A model generated the notes under the pieces. It was not told the origin of the DNA, did not search any database, and saw only the letters and a program-made list of their open reading frames with translations. From Planctomycetota bacterium (GTDB taxonomy: Bacteria > Planctomycetota > Planctomycetia > Pirellulales > PNKZ01): a stretch of 64,000 bases of DNA. The stretch spans positions 7,446-71,445 of the forward strand of contig JAFLCO010000001.1 of NCBI GenBank assembly GCA_017303535.1, in the 5' to 3' direction. The position numbers and the translations under genes were made by a program. This document shows, one piece after another, positions 63,479 to 64,000 of this stretch (its first letter is position 1; every line of letters starts with the position of its first letter).

Positions 63479-64000
63479 CTAATGGTTGCAATTGCAGGGC
63501 TTCGACGGAGCGGTCGTCGCGGCAAAGCTCGCGGGGCTCCGACGGTACGACACGTTCTTTACCGTGTTTGTAGGCCAAGGCGGCGACATGGCCGCGTCCA
63601 TCATGACGGCATGTCCGCCTCCGGAATTTGTGCAACCGCAGCCCGGTTCGCCGCAGGCCGGTTCACACGTGGCCTCGCAAGTCGGAGCGCATGATGGTTC
63701 GCACGTGGCTTCACACGTGGCTTCGCAACATCCGCTATTGCCGCCGCAGTATTGGCGGCGCGTAAACAGACTGTTTAGCAGGCAGAGTTGACGCCCCTTG
63801 CTACGCTGCCACGGAAAGATCGAAGCACAACCGCTGTCGCATCCGGAGCTACAACCGCCCGTGGAGCATCCGCCGGTCGAGCAGCCGTGGCCGACCCAGT
63901 TGGCGCACCGATCACACGGTTCGCAGCCCGGGGGATCTTCGCAATAGGCGCCCCAGTAGGTGCGGCCGCAGCCGCCGTTGCCGCAAGGACCACCGAGGCA
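63479..64000 (-). CDS. Cys-rich repeat protein, C-terminal 173 codons (start beyond window); absent from ORF track
   Basis: Hand translation of the reverse strand from nt 64000 is stop-free down to TAG at 63479-63481: CLGGPCGNGGCGRTYWGAYCEDPPGCEPCDRC...CCEATCEATCEPSCAPTCEATCEPACGEPGCGC...KPCNCNH*. GC3 is high and a terminator follows. Confidence 0.5.
   Translation of the reverse strand, partial: CLGGPCGNGGCGRTYWGAYCEDPPGCEPCDRCANWVGHGCSTGGCSTGGCSSGCDSGCASIFPWQRSKGRQLCLLNSLFTRRQYCGGNSGCCEATCEATCEPSCAPTCEATCEPACGEPGCGCTNSGGGHAVMMDAAMSPPWPTNTVKNVSYRRSPASFAATTAPSKPCNCNH

Overview
This is a 64-kb chromosomal segment of about 63-65% GC. Its gene content points to a Planctomycetota (Pirellulales-like) genome: a DUF1549/DUF1553 + DUF1501 pair, a giant ThuA-dehydrogenase-HEAT-cytochrome c gene, PQQ-like beta-propellers, an LL-DAP aminotransferase and a tad locus without a secretin. 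All functional calls come from motifs I recognised by eye in the supplied translations; no database search was run. I support about 48 CDS.

Main blocks, in window order:
- A seven-gene Tad/Flp pilus locus (4.4-11.6 kb) with a divergent Flp-like pilin at 12.2 kb and a paralogue at 30.6 kb.
- A frameshifted ~1270-codon PVC-type heme-binding gene (17.2-21.0 kb).
- A ribE / xseB-ispA-dxs block (22-26 kb).
- A 1.4-kb gene-free, repeat-dense region, followed by a single low-GC gene for an AlbA_2 (Schlafen-like)/HATPase_c_4 protein (26-29 kb).
- dapL.
- An anti-sigma-like / coiled-coil / DUF1549-DUF1553 / DUF1501 module (31.6-37.4 kb).
- ilvB.
- A MarR / halogenase-like flavoprotein / antiporter trio.
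- A cheA-cheW-mcp-cheB-cheR cluster (45.5-52.8 kb).
- A bacterial DNA topoisomerase VI operon (top6B-top6A, 54.6-57.9 kb).
- A second prepilin-peptidase-like gene, a beta-CASP nuclease and a SulP transporter + beta-carbonic anhydrase pair.
- A very Cys-rich partial ORF at the right edge that the ORF track misses.

Most worth a second look:
- The low-GC AlbA_2 island and the phased inverted-repeat array upstream of it.
- The Topo VI operon.
- The extended Flp-like pilin paralogues.
- Several families of short intergenic repeats (hairpins and heptamer-periodic tracts), one copy of which is embedded in a predicted signal-peptide coding region.
- The +1 frame break in the giant heme-binding gene.

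Many long ORFs in the track are codon-register antisense artefacts of high GC3 and were rejected.
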